Sequence record: PZ445442.1
Length of the DNA: 64,000 nt
Reading direction: 5' to 3' (one strand)
Origin: a phage
Shown here piece after piece: positions 10,310 to 19,358 of this stretch; the stretch's first letter is position 1; each line of letters begins with the position of its first letter. Below the pieces are notes generated by a model. The model did not search any database, had not been told where the DNA came from, and worked only from the letters and a program-made list of their open reading frames with translations. The position numbers and the translations under genes were made by a program.

Positions 10310-10681
10310 ATGTTAGTAAAAGGTACCCACACAGTCAAACAACGTATTGAAGTTGAGATTGATGATTGTGAGCTGAAGCATATTTTACGGTCATGCTCCA
10401 ACGTTTTGCTCCTTAGTATTCTTCAGGAGCGAGCGGAGAAAGAGTTCTTAAATGCATTGGCAGGCCGTCCCGGTGACTTCTGTGTGCGTAAGCGTGGTGA
10501 CAACAAGTCGTGGTTGTGGGAGATCGATGCCGACTGGGATTACCACAAAAATGAGGGTATAGATGAGCCTATTCGTGAACTGACGGACAAAGAGATTCAG
10601 ATGTACAATGAAGTTTGTCATTGGGCAACACGCCAACAAATTTACCTAGACCCTGTGTGGCTGATTGAAAATAGTCGTTGA
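10310..10681 (+). CDS. hypothetical protein
   Basis: Track ORF 10283..10681 trimmed to ATG 10310 after GGAGG SD. Confidence 0.5.
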   Translation: MLVKGTHTVKQRIEVEIDDCELKHILRSCSNVLLLSILQERAEKEFLNALAGRPGDFCVRKRGDNKSWLWEIDADWDYHKNEGIDEPIRELTDKEIQMYNEVCHWATRQQIYLDPVWLIENSR

Positions 10682-10757
10682 CAAGAAGTAAGGCTAGATG
10701 TAAGATACTCCCCACAAACAGAGTATTGATTGTTAAATAATTAAGGAGACCTCTAAG

Positions 10758-11012
10758 ATGAAAATCATGTTGAAACCAGAATGCGTTGCAAACGACCGAG
10801 CTTTTAAAGATTGCACACTTGGCGCTACTTATGAAGCAGAGTTTTGTGAGAACCCTTTGGTAAAAGCCCTTTTGGAAGAAGGGGCCCCTCTATCACAAGA
10901 AGAGCTTGATGAGCTGGAAAACTCAGCACAGTGCCTTACCTTTAAAGATGATGAAGGAGACTCTGTCTGGTGCACTGTTAATGAAGTAGTTTTTGTAAAA
11001 CCTGAACATTAA
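10758..11012 (+). CDS. hypothetical acidic protein
   Basis: Track ORF; AAGGAGACC SD; upstream TTGACA-N17-TAAGAT promoter-like element at about 10682-10710. Confidence 0.55.
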   Translation: MKIMLKPECVANDRAFKDCTLGATYEAEFCENPLVKALLEEGAPLSQEELDELENSAQCLTFKDDEGDSVWCTVNEVVFVKPEH

Positions 11013-11015
11013 TAC

Positions 11016-11044
11016 TTGACAACAGTGATGGGGCCTAATATAAT
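11016..11044 (+). promoter_or_regulatory. sigma70-type promoter (TTGACA-N17-TATAAT)
   Basis: Exact consensus -35 and -10 hexamers with 17-nt spacer read directly from sequence. Confidence 0.55.
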
Positions 11045-11075
11045 GGCCCTATCAAAACGAAAGGGGACCACAGCA

Positions 11076-11336
11076 ATGACCAAACAATATCAACGAATTA
11101 AAGCCAAGGTTAAGCCAGACTATCTGGAGAAAGACTCTGCTTTTCGGGACTGCACAGCCGACAAAGTTTACACAGGGGCTGTCCTGTTGAACGATAAACT
11201 TGAAGTAGATGTGCTGGGTAAAGAGGCCGTTATCGAGGATGACAACGGTGACTGTGTTTTCTGCACCACACGAGAGCTAGAAGTCTTAGAATATTTCGGT
11301 GAAATCTTCAACTCCTTAGACGACGAGGAAGCGTGA
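11076..11336 (+). CDS. hypothetical protein
   Basis: Track ORF 11016..11336 trimmed to ATG 11076, downstream of the consensus promoter (the track start is the TTG of the -35 hexamer). Confidence 0.5.
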   Translation: MTKQYQRIKAKVKPDYLEKDSAFRDCTADKVYTGAVLLNDKLEVDVLGKEAVIEDDNGDCVFCTTRELEVLEYFGEIFNSLDDEEA

Positions 11337-11725
11337 TGAAAAATATTTGGGATATCGATATCTTTGAAGCCTCTAAGCTTGACGGTGCTGATGGAGTGAT
11401 TATGGTGTCTGATGGCAAGGCAACACTAACTTCCGGAGATATCATCTATGCCTTGGACGAGCTGGCGCTTCTGAAATCTACCGGTAACACTTTGGAGGAG
11501 CGTCTTCAAGGATTCTCTTTCAAAGAAGGTACAAATACAGCCATGATGTGCACCACACGGACAGTTCAGGTTGGTAACGGTGTCTATATGATTATTGCTG
11601 TGTGTCCTAAATTCAGCAACGTCAACAAAGATGATGCTGACGCGGTCAACGATGTGGTTGTTCTCTTCGTGGGTGACGCTATGGCAGATCTGATGAATGC
11701 AGGAGAAGCAGCAAATGAAGACTGA
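11333..11725 (+). CDS. hypothetical protein
   Basis: Track ORF; ATGA overlap with upstream stop. Confidence 0.5.
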   Translation: MMKNIWDIDIFEASKLDGADGVIMVSDGKATLTSGDIIYALDELALLKSTGNTLEERLQGFSFKEGTNTAMMCTTRTVQVGNGVYMIIAVCPKFSNVNKDDADAVNDVVVLFVGDAMADLMNAGEAANED

Positions 11726-12017
11726 AAACATCACCCCAGCAGGGTTCTTAAAAGTATACCGTGAACTGCTATATACTACAGAGGACAGTGTTCTAGAGTA
11801 TCCAGAATATCTTTTGCTGTATAAGTATCTGCAGGAGGCTGGTGAAAATCTGCCAGTTAGTGCAGAAGGTGGTCCAAACTGGATATACAGCGCATGGAGA
11901 AAGGTTGACATTCTCCCAGACCCAGGTAAAGATATGGTAGTTTGGCAGCTTATCAACAACATCGGGATTCCAATCTTTGATGAAGCTGTTAAAATCTATT
12001 TTGAACTTGACGATTAA
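11715..12017 (+). CDS. hypothetical protein
   Basis: Track ORF 11697..12017; ATG 11715 preferred because of AGGAGAAG SD (alternative ATG at 11697). Confidence 0.45.
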   Translation: MKTENITPAGFLKVYRELLYTTEDSVLEYPEYLLLYKYLQEAGENLPVSAEGGPNWIYSAWRKVDILPDPGKDMVVWQLINNIGIPIFDEAVKIYFELDD

Positions 12018-12034
12018 TATCAGGAGACCTTAAG

Positions 12035-12280
12035 ATGACTGAAGCAGTTGCTCGCGCAGGACAGAAAGTACGTTGTGTTGAAGTAGGTTTTGGTGGCAAA
12101 GGGTGTCAAAACTTGACTCAAGGTAAGGAATACGCTGTTATCTCTGGGGGTGGAGACGAAAGTATTGTGTTCGAGGGCCACATCCTGGGTGCTGAAAACT
12201 TTGAAATCTTTGACGACGATGGGGACCCGATCACCTGCCTGCTGGACGGGAATTGGGGAACTTTCGAAGTGATTGGCTAA
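12035..12280 (+). CDS. hypothetical protein
   Basis: Track ORF; CAGGAGACC SD. Confidence 0.55.
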   Translation: MTEAVARAGQKVRCVEVGFGGKGCQNLTQGKEYAVISGGGDESIVFEGHILGAENFEIFDDDGDPITCLLDGNWGTFEVIG

Positions 12281-12363
12281 CAAATACCTATTGTAATTTA
12301 CAGAAGGGGATGCTAAAATAGTGTCTCCTTCTATGTTGTTCAAATAAAATCGGAGATTCCATA

Positions 12364-12729
12364 ATGGAACAAATGAACGATCAAGCGTCGGTTGCGATGA
12401 ACGAGCAAGAACAACCTCAAGAATTTTTCTTAGGGTTAAGTAAAGATCAAGTGTCTCTTCTGCTAGTGCTTTCTTCTTTCATGGGAAGACTTCAGGAGCT
12501 TACACAACAGCCAGAGGCTGAACAATTATTCCAGGCTCTGCGTGAAGAAGAAAAATATCGTCGTTTGGACTATGCCTTAGGTTGGGTAGCTCAACAACGA
12601 GATATGCTGATGGCCCTCTCTGGGACCACAAGTTTTGCAATGGGCCTGTTGGCTCAAGTTCAGGACAAATTAATTCAAGCAGGGTTTGCACACACGGCAA
12701 ACACTAACGAAGAACAAGGAGATAAATAA
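12364..12729 (+). CDS. hypothetical protein
   Basis: Track ORF; Q/E-rich helical protein. Confidence 0.5.
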   Translation: MEQMNDQASVAMNEQEQPQEFFLGLSKDQVSLLLVLSSFMGRLQELTQQPEAEQLFQALREEEKYRRLDYALGWVAQQRDMLMALSGTTSFAMGLLAQVQDKLIQAGFAHTANTNEEQGDK

Positions 12730-14000
12730 TGAGCGTTATTCAACAATTCGCTAACCCGATGAATCCGCGTGAAACTGTTTTACTAGCTCACGGCATGATT
12801 AAACGTGTCAGCATCAAGCCTATCAAAGGTGCTGATCCTACAACAGGTATTAAAACCACTGTGTGGCAAGGTAAGAAAATTGAATCCAGCCACACCATCT
12901 CTTTACTGATTTCTGAACTGGATTCCTCTGATAACCTACTTCAAGGTGGTGAAGAAGTTTGGATCAGTATGGGCGATAAGCTGCTTAAACCAGGTCATCA
13001 AGACTCTGTCTCTGTTAAAATTGATGACAAGTGGGAAACCGTAACGCCAGGATGGATCGTAAATATCCCTTTGAAGGCAAACGAGCATAACGGTAAGACC
13101 TACTACAAAGGCTCACTGGCTAAGATGGTTAAGCTGGGTGCAGGAGAGGCTCCAGCAGCGACTCAGCAGCAAAAACAGCAACAAGGTGCACAATCACAAG
13201 GCCAGAAGCAGAAACCTCAGCAGAATGCCAATCAGGGCGTTTTACGCATCTATGGTGATGTGACTCAGATTGTTGGCAACGTGGTTACTGTTAATGACCA
13301 CAAGATTGGCGAAGGTGCTATGGTTGTAACTGATGAGCAGCTTAAAGACCTAGTGGTAGGTGGTCGTGTTGCAGCCATTGTTGACAAAGACACCGGAAAC
13401 ATTATCAGTGGTTTCAAGGCCTATCCTCCTAAGGCAGAGAACGGTACTCAAGGCTCCGGTGGCAAGCGTAAATCCTCTTACGACCCTATTGGTGTGGAGA
13501 CGGGGCATAGCATCAATGCGTTGCAGATCATCCTGGATCGCGGGTTTAAGGTGGACGACCCACTAGGTGTGGCTAAAACACTGCACGTAGTCACCATTGA
13601 GCTTAAGAAAGAGTATGCTCAAGCCACCAACCGAACTGAAGATGAAGTAGGTGCCAGTGTCGGTAATGCGGTGTTGAACGCTTGTCGCCGTATTGACAAG
13701 AAAACGAAAGTTGATGATTTTGCAGCGGCAATTACTGCAGAAGCAAAAGATGTCTTGACTAATCTGGCTGAGCCGTTGTACGATTGGATCAAGAACGGTG
13801 CTGAGTCCACTGACCATCAAGAACCTCAAGCTGCCAAACAGGAAGCCGCTCCACAGCAAAACACTGTAGACGCACCTCCTGTAAATGATGAGGAAGATGA
13901 CCCGATGGGTCAGAATCCGGCGCAGTATGACTTCTGTGATGACATACCTTTCGCTCCGGTAGGTTTGCAATATGGCAAAAGTAGAATCCACGCATTGTAA
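12729..14000 (+). CDS. putative single-stranded DNA-binding (SSB-like) protein with C-terminal extension
   Basis: Inference only: Q-rich flexible linker ([20 protein letters not shown]) and acidic tail ending ...[17 protein letters not shown], resembling the bacterial SSB C-terminal DDDIPF tip, followed by 16 extra residues that overlap the next gene. Confidence 0.3.
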   Translation: MSVIQQFANPMNPRETVLLAHGMIKRVSIKPIKGADPTTGIKTTVWQGKKIESSHTISLLISELDSSDNLLQGGEEVWISMGDKLLKPGHQDSVSVKIDDKWETVTPGWIVNIPLKANEHNGKTYYKGSLAKMVKLGAGEAPAATQQQKQQQGAQSQGQKQKPQQNANQGVLRIYGDVTQIVGNVVTVNDHKIGEGAMVVTDEQLKDLVVGGRVAAIVDKDTGNIISGFKAYPPKAENGTQGSGGKRKSSYDPIGVETGHSINALQIILDRGFKVDDPLGVAKTLHVVTIELKKEYAQATNRTEDEVGASVGNAVLNACRRIDKKTKVDDFAAAITAEAKDVLTNLAEPLYDWIKNGAESTDHQEPQAAKQEAAPQQNTVDAPPVNDEEDDPMGQNPAQYDFCDDIPFAPVGLQYGKSRIHAL

Positions 14001-14595
14001 GAGGTGCATCAAGTGCGGAGAGGTGAAAGACATCTCCGAGTTCTACAAACACCCAAAGATGTCTGACGGTCATCTTAATAAGTGCAAAGAGTGTTGCAAG
14101 AAGGCCAGCAGGGAGGCTGACCAATTTTCCCACGACTCTTCAGAAAAAGGTGTAATACGCGTGCTGTACAAGGCTCAAAAGTGCAACAGCAAGCAAAGAG
14201 GTCACCCGCCTCCGACTTACACCAAAAAAGAGTTTAAGGAGTGGCTATACCTAAACGGTTACAAAGAGTTGTATGATCAGTGGGTAGCCAGCGGATACGA
14301 CAAAAGGAAAAAGCCTTCTTGTGACAGGATAGATGATTTCAAAGGGTACTCTTTTGATAATATCCGTTTAACGACTTGGGGAGAAAATAAAGACAAGCAG
14401 ACAGAGGATATTCTGTTGCATAGAAGCACCAGCGGTAGACGGTGTAAAAATGTAAGGAGGCTGGACATGAATGGCAACGTTCTTAAAGAATGGGTATCCC
14501 ACAATTCTTGTAGAAGAGAAACCGGAATATGTGTTGATTACTACATTCATGAAAAAATTCCAGCCCCAGATGGATACCTCTACGAATACTTTTAG
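13972..14595 (+). CDS. putative homing endonuclease (zinc-finger + HNH_3-like)
   Basis: N-terminal CxxC...CxxC cluster; [28 protein letters not shown] resembles the HNH_3 core (DHID..N...NLR..T..EN) with D in place of H; start overlaps 3' end of the SSB-like gene. Confidence 0.45.
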   Translation: MAKVESTHCKRCIKCGEVKDISEFYKHPKMSDGHLNKCKECCKKASREADQFSHDSSEKGVIRVLYKAQKCNSKQRGHPPPTYTKKEFKEWLYLNGYKELYDQWVASGYDKRKKPSCDRIDDFKGYSFDNIRLTTWGENKDKQTEDILLHRSTSGRRCKNVRRLDMNGNVLKEWVSHNSCRRETGICVDYYIHEKIPAPDGYLYEYF

Positions 14596-14610
14596 CACCT
14601 AACTAACATA

Positions 14611-14638
14611 GCCCTGCCCGAAAGGGTGGGGCATTTTT
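14611..14638 (+). terminator. rho-independent terminator (duplicate of the 2334 hairpin)
   Basis: Same GCCCTGCCC-GAAA-GGGTGGGGC stem followed by ATTTTT. Confidence 0.6.
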
Positions 14639-14657
14639 GTATAAGGAGATCTGAAAA

Positions 14658-15074
14658 ATGACATTAGAAGATATCATTGTTAAACCTGAGAACTATGACC
14701 AATACAACCTGTCAACTCAATCTGTAGACCTTGGATGCGCCACAGTTAGTGCGTGGCTGGTTAACGGAAAAGAGCTGGACAAGTGCTTAGAAGCTCACAT
14801 GTCTGTTAACAAGTTTCTGGATGAAAATACTCACTGGCTGGAAGGTGCAGGCGTATATGCTTCATGGTTGGAGAGCATGGGCTTTGACTATCAATCTGAT
14901 GAAGGGTGGTGGAGCTATCTAGCTATCTGTCCAGAAACACTGCAATGCTTCATGAAATACTCTGAAGATCTTGAGTACCGAGCGGTGGTTGATAGTGCTA
15001 TTGCCCGTTATAGCCGTAAACCTTTTTCCCACGACATTAAAACTGTGGAAGAGTTTGTTGAAGTTTTCTGTTGA
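14658..15074 (+). CDS. hypothetical protein
   Basis: Track ORF; AAGGAGATC SD. Confidence 0.55.
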   Translation: MTLEDIIVKPENYDQYNLSTQSVDLGCATVSAWLVNGKELDKCLEAHMSVNKFLDENTHWLEGAGVYASWLESMGFDYQSDEGWWSYLAICPETLQCFMKYSEDLEYRAVVDSAIARYSRKPFSHDIKTVEEFVEVFC

Positions 15075-15169
15075 CACAGGTTGAAAGGTGTGCAATTATA
15101 ACTTCATAGACGGGAGGACGTGATGAACGAAGAAAACTGGGATGTATAACTAACAGGAGGCCACTGCCC

Positions 15170-15367
15170 ATGATTTATCGAATCCGTGTAAGAGAAGATG
15201 CACCAGGCTGTTACTTTGACTGGCGTGGGTGGTGGTTTCTCCACCCAATGGATGGACTCACAGATAGAATGCTGGATGCTGCCCTTTATACAGATACCGA
15301 TATAGAATATAATCTCTATCTGAAGGACGGTATAGATAACGGCCTGTTTGAAGCAATTCCTGTGTAA
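15170..15367 (+). CDS. hypothetical protein
   Basis: Track ORF; CAGGAGGCC SD; upstream TTGACA..AATTAT promoter-like element near 15074-15105. Confidence 0.45.
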   Translation: MIYRIRVREDAPGCYFDWRGWWFLHPMDGLTDRMLDAALYTDTDIEYNLYLKDGIDNGLFEAIPV

Positions 15368-15435
15368 GAGGCTGTGATAGCTATGTTTTATGATCTTCCT
15401 GTAGCACCACCACCTGTTGAACCCGGAGAACTAAG

Positions 15436-15861
15436 ATGATCTATGAAATGCCAAAACTGATTCGCGACGATGCCCAAAACGCTCACACCATTATTATGGG
15501 CAAACGCATGGATATTATTTGTCATAGAGATTTCTGGGAAGGAAGTTACTTCACAGAGTATTTTGGTAAACTGGACAATGGTCTGCTGATCCAGTTCTAC
15601 ACCGATGCGGAAAACAACATTCCCTGGGAGTTCGAAACTGAAGATGTCCATAAACTTTTCACCTTCCTCGGTATTAAGGTTAAGGCCAAGTTTGAAGAAG
15701 GTGAGTGCGACGATTGTGGATTTTATGAGGTAACAGATTTCTACCTTCCTAGCGGTAAGAACCTTTACTATGAAAGCCACTTCGGTAACTCCAATATGCC
15801 ACAGTGCTGGACTGAGTTTTTTGAAATTGCGGAAGAGGAGCTGGCTTACCGTGATTATTGA
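15436..15861 (+). CDS. hypothetical protein (co-transcribed with macro-domain gene)
   Basis: Track ORF; 3' end overlaps start of the next gene. Confidence 0.5.
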   Translation: MIYEMPKLIRDDAQNAHTIIMGKRMDIICHRDFWEGSYFTEYFGKLDNGLLIQFYTDAENNIPWEFETEDVHKLFTFLGIKVKAKFEEGECDDCGFYEVTDFYLPSGKNLYYESHFGNSNMPQCWTEFFEIAEEELAYRDY

Positions 15862-16309
15862 TACTGTAGAGGGAGATTTAATCTCCCTTTTTAAGGGCGG
15901 TGCTGGTCACCTGATCCACGGTTGTAACTGCTTCCACACAATGGGCAAGGGTATAGCAAAACAGATTGCCCGTGAGTTTCCTCAAGCACTGTCAGCCGAC
16001 AAAGAGACTAGATACGGTTGCCTAAGTAAACTGGGTGCGTTCTCCCGATGGGAGCACTTATCTCCGATAGGTATTGTCTACGGAATCAATCTATATACCC
16101 AGTTCTACCCAGGACCTAATGCTGAGTATTTCTCAATCCTGAAAGGCTTTGAGCTAGTCAATGAAGTATTCAGCGGATCGACTTTACCATTCTACATCCC
16201 TAAGATCGGGTGCGGCATAGGCGGTTTGAAGTGGGAACACGTAGAGGACGTTATTAACCTTGCCACTTTCGACATAGATATTGTCGTGGTGGAGTACAAA
16301 AAGTGTTGA
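15851..16309 (+). CDS. putative macro-domain (ADP-ribose binding/hydrolase) protein
   Basis: Track ORF 15770..16309 re-started at GTG 15851 (GAGGAG SD 9 nt upstream). VEGDLIS...GAGHLIHGCNCFHTMGKGIAKQIAREFP and PKIGCGIGGL resemble the macro-domain GDIT...NAAN..GGGVAGAI and ISTGIYG motifs; call is from remembered motifs only. Confidence 0.45.
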   Translation: MIIDTVEGDLISLFKGGAGHLIHGCNCFHTMGKGIAKQIAREFPQALSADKETRYGCLSKLGAFSRWEHLSPIGIVYGINLYTQFYPGPNAEYFSILKGFELVNEVFSGSTLPFYIPKIGCGIGGLKWEHVEDVINLATFDIDIVVVEYKKC

Positions 16310-16560
16310 CGACCATCTTCTGAGGTGATATAGTTTCCACGACAACTAAGAGAGGAGAGCACTGTGGAGACTAAAATCTTAATTCTTGCTGTGGTAGATA
16401 CAACCGAAGGAGCTATATTCGAATCTGCAGGAGGGTATTTCTACCTACCATACGGAAAAAGAACTTCCGAGCCAAGTAAAGATTCAATCCTCAAAGTGTT
16501 CCCGTGTGCTTTCTGGCTGGAGATTTTGGTATAAGATTGCAGAGGATTTGGGAGAGAATT

Positions 16561-16755
16561 ATGAGAAACAAGAAAGAACTTTACTCCGGTGAGTGGATCA
16601 ACGATCAACAGGTGGGAGAGGTAACCTGCTTCCGATGTTTTACCAGGTACAATCTTAAAACTGCACCAAAAAGTGTTCCAAAGACTGACGGTTACTACAT
16701 AAAAGAACCTCATTGCCCAAAATGTAAATGCCGATTGTACTGGAGCAATCTGTAA
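16561..16755 (+). CDS. hypothetical zinc-ribbon protein
   Basis: Track ORF 16504..16755 trimmed to ATG 16561; CFRCF...CPKCKC cysteine pairs. Confidence 0.45.
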   Translation: MRNKKELYSGEWINDQQVGEVTCFRCFTRYNLKTAPKSVPKTDGYYIKEPHCPKCKCRLYWSNL

Positions 16756-16759
16756 GAGG

Positions 16760-16787
16760 TTGACATCTGAAAACTGCAGTGTATAAT
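16760..16787 (+). promoter_or_regulatory. sigma70-type promoter (TTGACA-N16-TATAAT)
   Basis: Consensus hexamers read from sequence upstream of gene 16819. Confidence 0.55.
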
Positions 16788-16818
16788 ATACGCATAAACT
16801 AACAGAGGGTGATGTATT

Positions 16819-17010
16819 ATGGTAATTTTTAACCGGGATGGTATCATAGTTAGACAGCACCCGTTCCTTGAATACTATCAAATTGAGCAATGGTGCTACG
16901 GGGATTGCAGTCACTCCTATGGGCAAAGTTGGGGATATCGTACAGTTTTTGAATCCACAGACCTTGACAAAGTAAAACAGAAAGTTTTAGAACTTCTTAA
17001 CAACAAGTGA
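16819..17010 (+). CDS. hypothetical protein
   Basis: Track ORF downstream of the consensus promoter. Confidence 0.5.
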   Translation: MVIFNRDGIIVRQHPFLEYYQIEQWCYGDCSHSYGQSWGYRTVFESTDLDKVKQKVLELLNNK

Positions 17011-17020
17011 GTATCGTGCC

Positions 17021-17353
17021 ATGGTAACATTGGAAAGACGTAAAGCTATTGCCGCCACACTGGCAGACATCTTTTGGGATTGTAATTTAAAATCTACCCG
17101 AAATTGTGGTGCATCTGTAGATGTATTATTCCCACGGCCTACTATTGTTGCAATGGGCAACCTGCTCGATGTGGTATATGGAGCATGGGACAAGGAAGGT
17201 GGATTCTATATCTGGCAACCTGACTACGGGACTTGGAAAGAGGTTAGTGGTTCTTCGGACTTCACTCCTGCAGTGGCTAAAATGGATGGCTGGAAAATCT
17301 ATGTCGGTAACGACATGGAACTGAAAGGCGAAATTGTTTACTGGTTACCTTAA
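17021..17353 (+). CDS. hypothetical protein
   Basis: Track ORF; weak SD. Confidence 0.45.
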   Translation: MVTLERRKAIAATLADIFWDCNLKSTRNCGASVDVLFPRPTIVAMGNLLDVVYGAWDKEGGFYIWQPDYGTWKEVSGSSDFTPAVAKMDGWKIYVGNDMELKGEIVYWLP

Positions 17354-17374
17354 GAAAGTCCAGGAGATAAAGTT

Positions 17375-17620
17375 ATGAACAAAGGGTGGACATTTGTAGA
17401 CGGCGTTAAAAACATGCCTCTAGGAAAGTATATTGTAGCCATGGCAGATGAGAATGGCAAGGTTGATTTCGGAGTTTGCGAGGTTGTTCTTGCAGGATCT
17501 GGTGACTATGCTCACAAAACTGGGATAATTAACGGTCATTTCTACTTTGATTACAACCCTGTTGTGGCGTATATGGCTATGCCAGAGTTCGAGCTCCCAA
17601 AGGAAGGTGCAGATGTTTAA
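17375..17620 (+). CDS. hypothetical protein
   Basis: Track ORF; CAGGAGATAA SD. Confidence 0.55.
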   Translation: MNKGWTFVDGVKNMPLGKYIVAMADENGKVDFGVCEVVLAGSGDYAHKTGIINGHFYFDYNPVVAYMAMPEFELPKEGADV

Positions 17621-17810
17621 GCTTAAATCTGCATGGAACATCGCTGTGGGGGACGAGATCCGTATCCCAGGTGGAAAGACCATTATGAAAATATCTCGTA
17701 TCGAGTACGAAGGTGATCGTGTATTTCATATCTTTGCAGAAGATGGTCGAGAAATTTATATACAGGCAGGCTCTCACATCTATATTCGTAAGAAAGGGGA
17801 GGACAAATGA
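17613..17810 (+). CDS. hypothetical protein
   Basis: Track ORF 17547..17810 trimmed to ATG 17613 (AAGGAAGG SD); overlaps upstream stop. Confidence 0.45.
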   Translation: MFKLKSAWNIAVGDEIRIPGGKTIMKISRIEYEGDRVFHIFAEDGREIYIQAGSHIYIRKKGEDK

Positions 17811-18136
17811 CAGAGATCATCATTTCAACTGCAGGGTATGTATTCCTGACAATCATTGCGCTGACTATTCTGGTGGCGGTGTATGGATTTGTTATCCTTC
17901 CTATTCTTGAGACATTTAGTTTGTGTCGGTGTTGGAGAAAAGCTTACGGTCCACAACCATGGAAGGACTGGCCCCACCTGGTGCGCTTAGCGTTCTCTTA
18001 TGCTTACGATCACTCCAGTAGTGCATGCATAACCGGATACCACGCCCACAACTGGAGCTGGGAAGGGTTGAGGAAATGGAATGTTACAAAGACCATACCT
18101 CTGCGCATGTACAAACCTAAAAACAAAGACAACTGA
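17807..18136 (+). CDS. hypothetical membrane protein
   Basis: Track ORF; N-terminal hydrophobic helix (IISTAGYVFLTIIALTILVAVYGFVILPIL). Confidence 0.5.
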   Translation: MTEIIISTAGYVFLTIIALTILVAVYGFVILPILETFSLCRCWRKAYGPQPWKDWPHLVRLAFSYAYDHSSSACITGYHAHNWSWEGLRKWNVTKTIPLRMYKPKNKDN

Positions 18137-18740
18137 TACTTGAAAATTCCTGGCATATCAAGTATAAGGGGGATTTCTAAAATGGATTTCCTCCTTTTGA
18201 TATTTCACCGGGCTGGATATTTTAAAATTCTTAGAAAATCAGAAAATGGATCGAAAACTAAAATGGATTTTTCAGAGTAGGCGCGACAAGCTGAATAGCT
18301 CATCCTATCGTTTGCACCATATTCCAGACCACCATTATAGATTTCCCACACATGCTAACCTCCCTCTACTAGAACTTCCTCCACTTACCCTTGACCTTCT
18401 ATGGTAACAATCTAACCACTATCTTGAAGTTGCGGTGCAGCTTTCCAGGTACTCGATCTACTTTTCATTTCAGGGCTTGGATTTTCTGAAAATTTTTCTC
18501 GATAAATTTCTCAGTACTCGATCTGTTTTTCGTTTTCTGAATCGGATTTTCTGGAAATCGTTCCGGATCTCGACCTGAAATTTTTGGGGACGAAATCTAT
18601 TTTTCGTTTTCAGAAATGGATTTTTAAAATTTCTATATGGGAATATTTTATGGGGCACTGTTTTATAGGAAATTGTTACGGAGGGTAATTAGCATGCTAA
18701 TTAAATTTATTAAATGCGAGGGATTCTTATTTAGAATTTT
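18137..18740. repeat. non-coding region with iteron-like direct repeats and palindromes
   Basis: Repeated AAATGGAT boxes (about 18181, 18244, 18260, 18612); degenerate 65-75 bp direct repeats starting GTACTCGATCT (about 18449 and 18514) containing GATTTTCTG(A/G)AAAT and TTTTCGTTTTC; 18-bp perfect palindrome TAATTAGCATGCTAATTA (about 18687-18704); inverted repeat ATACTTGA/TCAAGTAT near 18136-18165. Confidence 0.5.
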
Positions 18741-18769
18741 GAATGATAATTATTCTCGTTTGCAGAATA

Positions 18770-18960
18770 ACGGGCAGGCCCGGTGATTGTCTCCCGGCCC
18801 CTGCTGCCCCGGCTTGTTATTATAGTATCACACAGGACAAAGAAGGCAAGGATTTTTTGCATAAATTTTTAAATGATAATGATAACCGTTCTCATTTTAT
18901 GAAGCGCCCATCCCCGGTGGTTGTCTCCCCCGTCACCGGTGCCTGCCGTCCTTTCGATAG
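18770..18960 (+). repeat. two copies of a GC-rich stem-loop element (core GGTG(A/G)TTGTCTCC); third inverted copy at about 28343-28392
   Basis: GGCAGGCCCGGTGATTGTCTCC at about 18776 and CCGGTGGTTGTCTCCC...GGTGCCTGCCGT at about 18916; the reverse complement of both halves occurs at about 28343-28392. CCTGGCGGGG boxes at about 18973, 19040, 19227. Confidence 0.45.
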
Positions 18961-19358
18961 GTATATTATGCCGCCTGGCGGGGCCGCTGTCAACACTTTT
19001 CAAAAAATTTTTCTAACCTGATGCGCTAACCGTTGCAACCTGGCGGGGCCAGCCTGGCAGGTCCGCACTATAAAGTAAACAGCTACAGAAGAGGTACAAA
19101 AATGAAAGGTAATGCTACTCGCCTGGGAAATGTAGTGATTAATGATACGGAAGCTATCGCCCTGGTTGAAAAGGTTATGGCGGGAGCGTTGGAACATAAA
19201 GAAGAGTACGAAAAAAATGGTGGTTAACCTGGCGGGGGGCGGCAGGTGGATTCTATCATAAAAATAATTTAAAATAGTCGTTGACAACAAGGTTAATCAT
19301 GGTATTATTACCCTACAAGGTGAACAACACCGCACTAACCAGTAAAGAGGATAAATTT

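Noticed and set aside
11016-11075. Track start at 11016 for ORF 11016..11336
   Set aside because: The first codon is the TTG of a consensus -35 hexamer (TTGACA-N17-TATAAT), so transcription likely begins downstream; ATG 11076 was used.
18470-19227. Exact coordinates of hand-mapped motifs in this stretch
   Set aside because: A 1-nt offset between my reading of the sequence lines and the ORF-track coordinates was noticed here; motif coordinates are therefore reported as approximate rather than exact.
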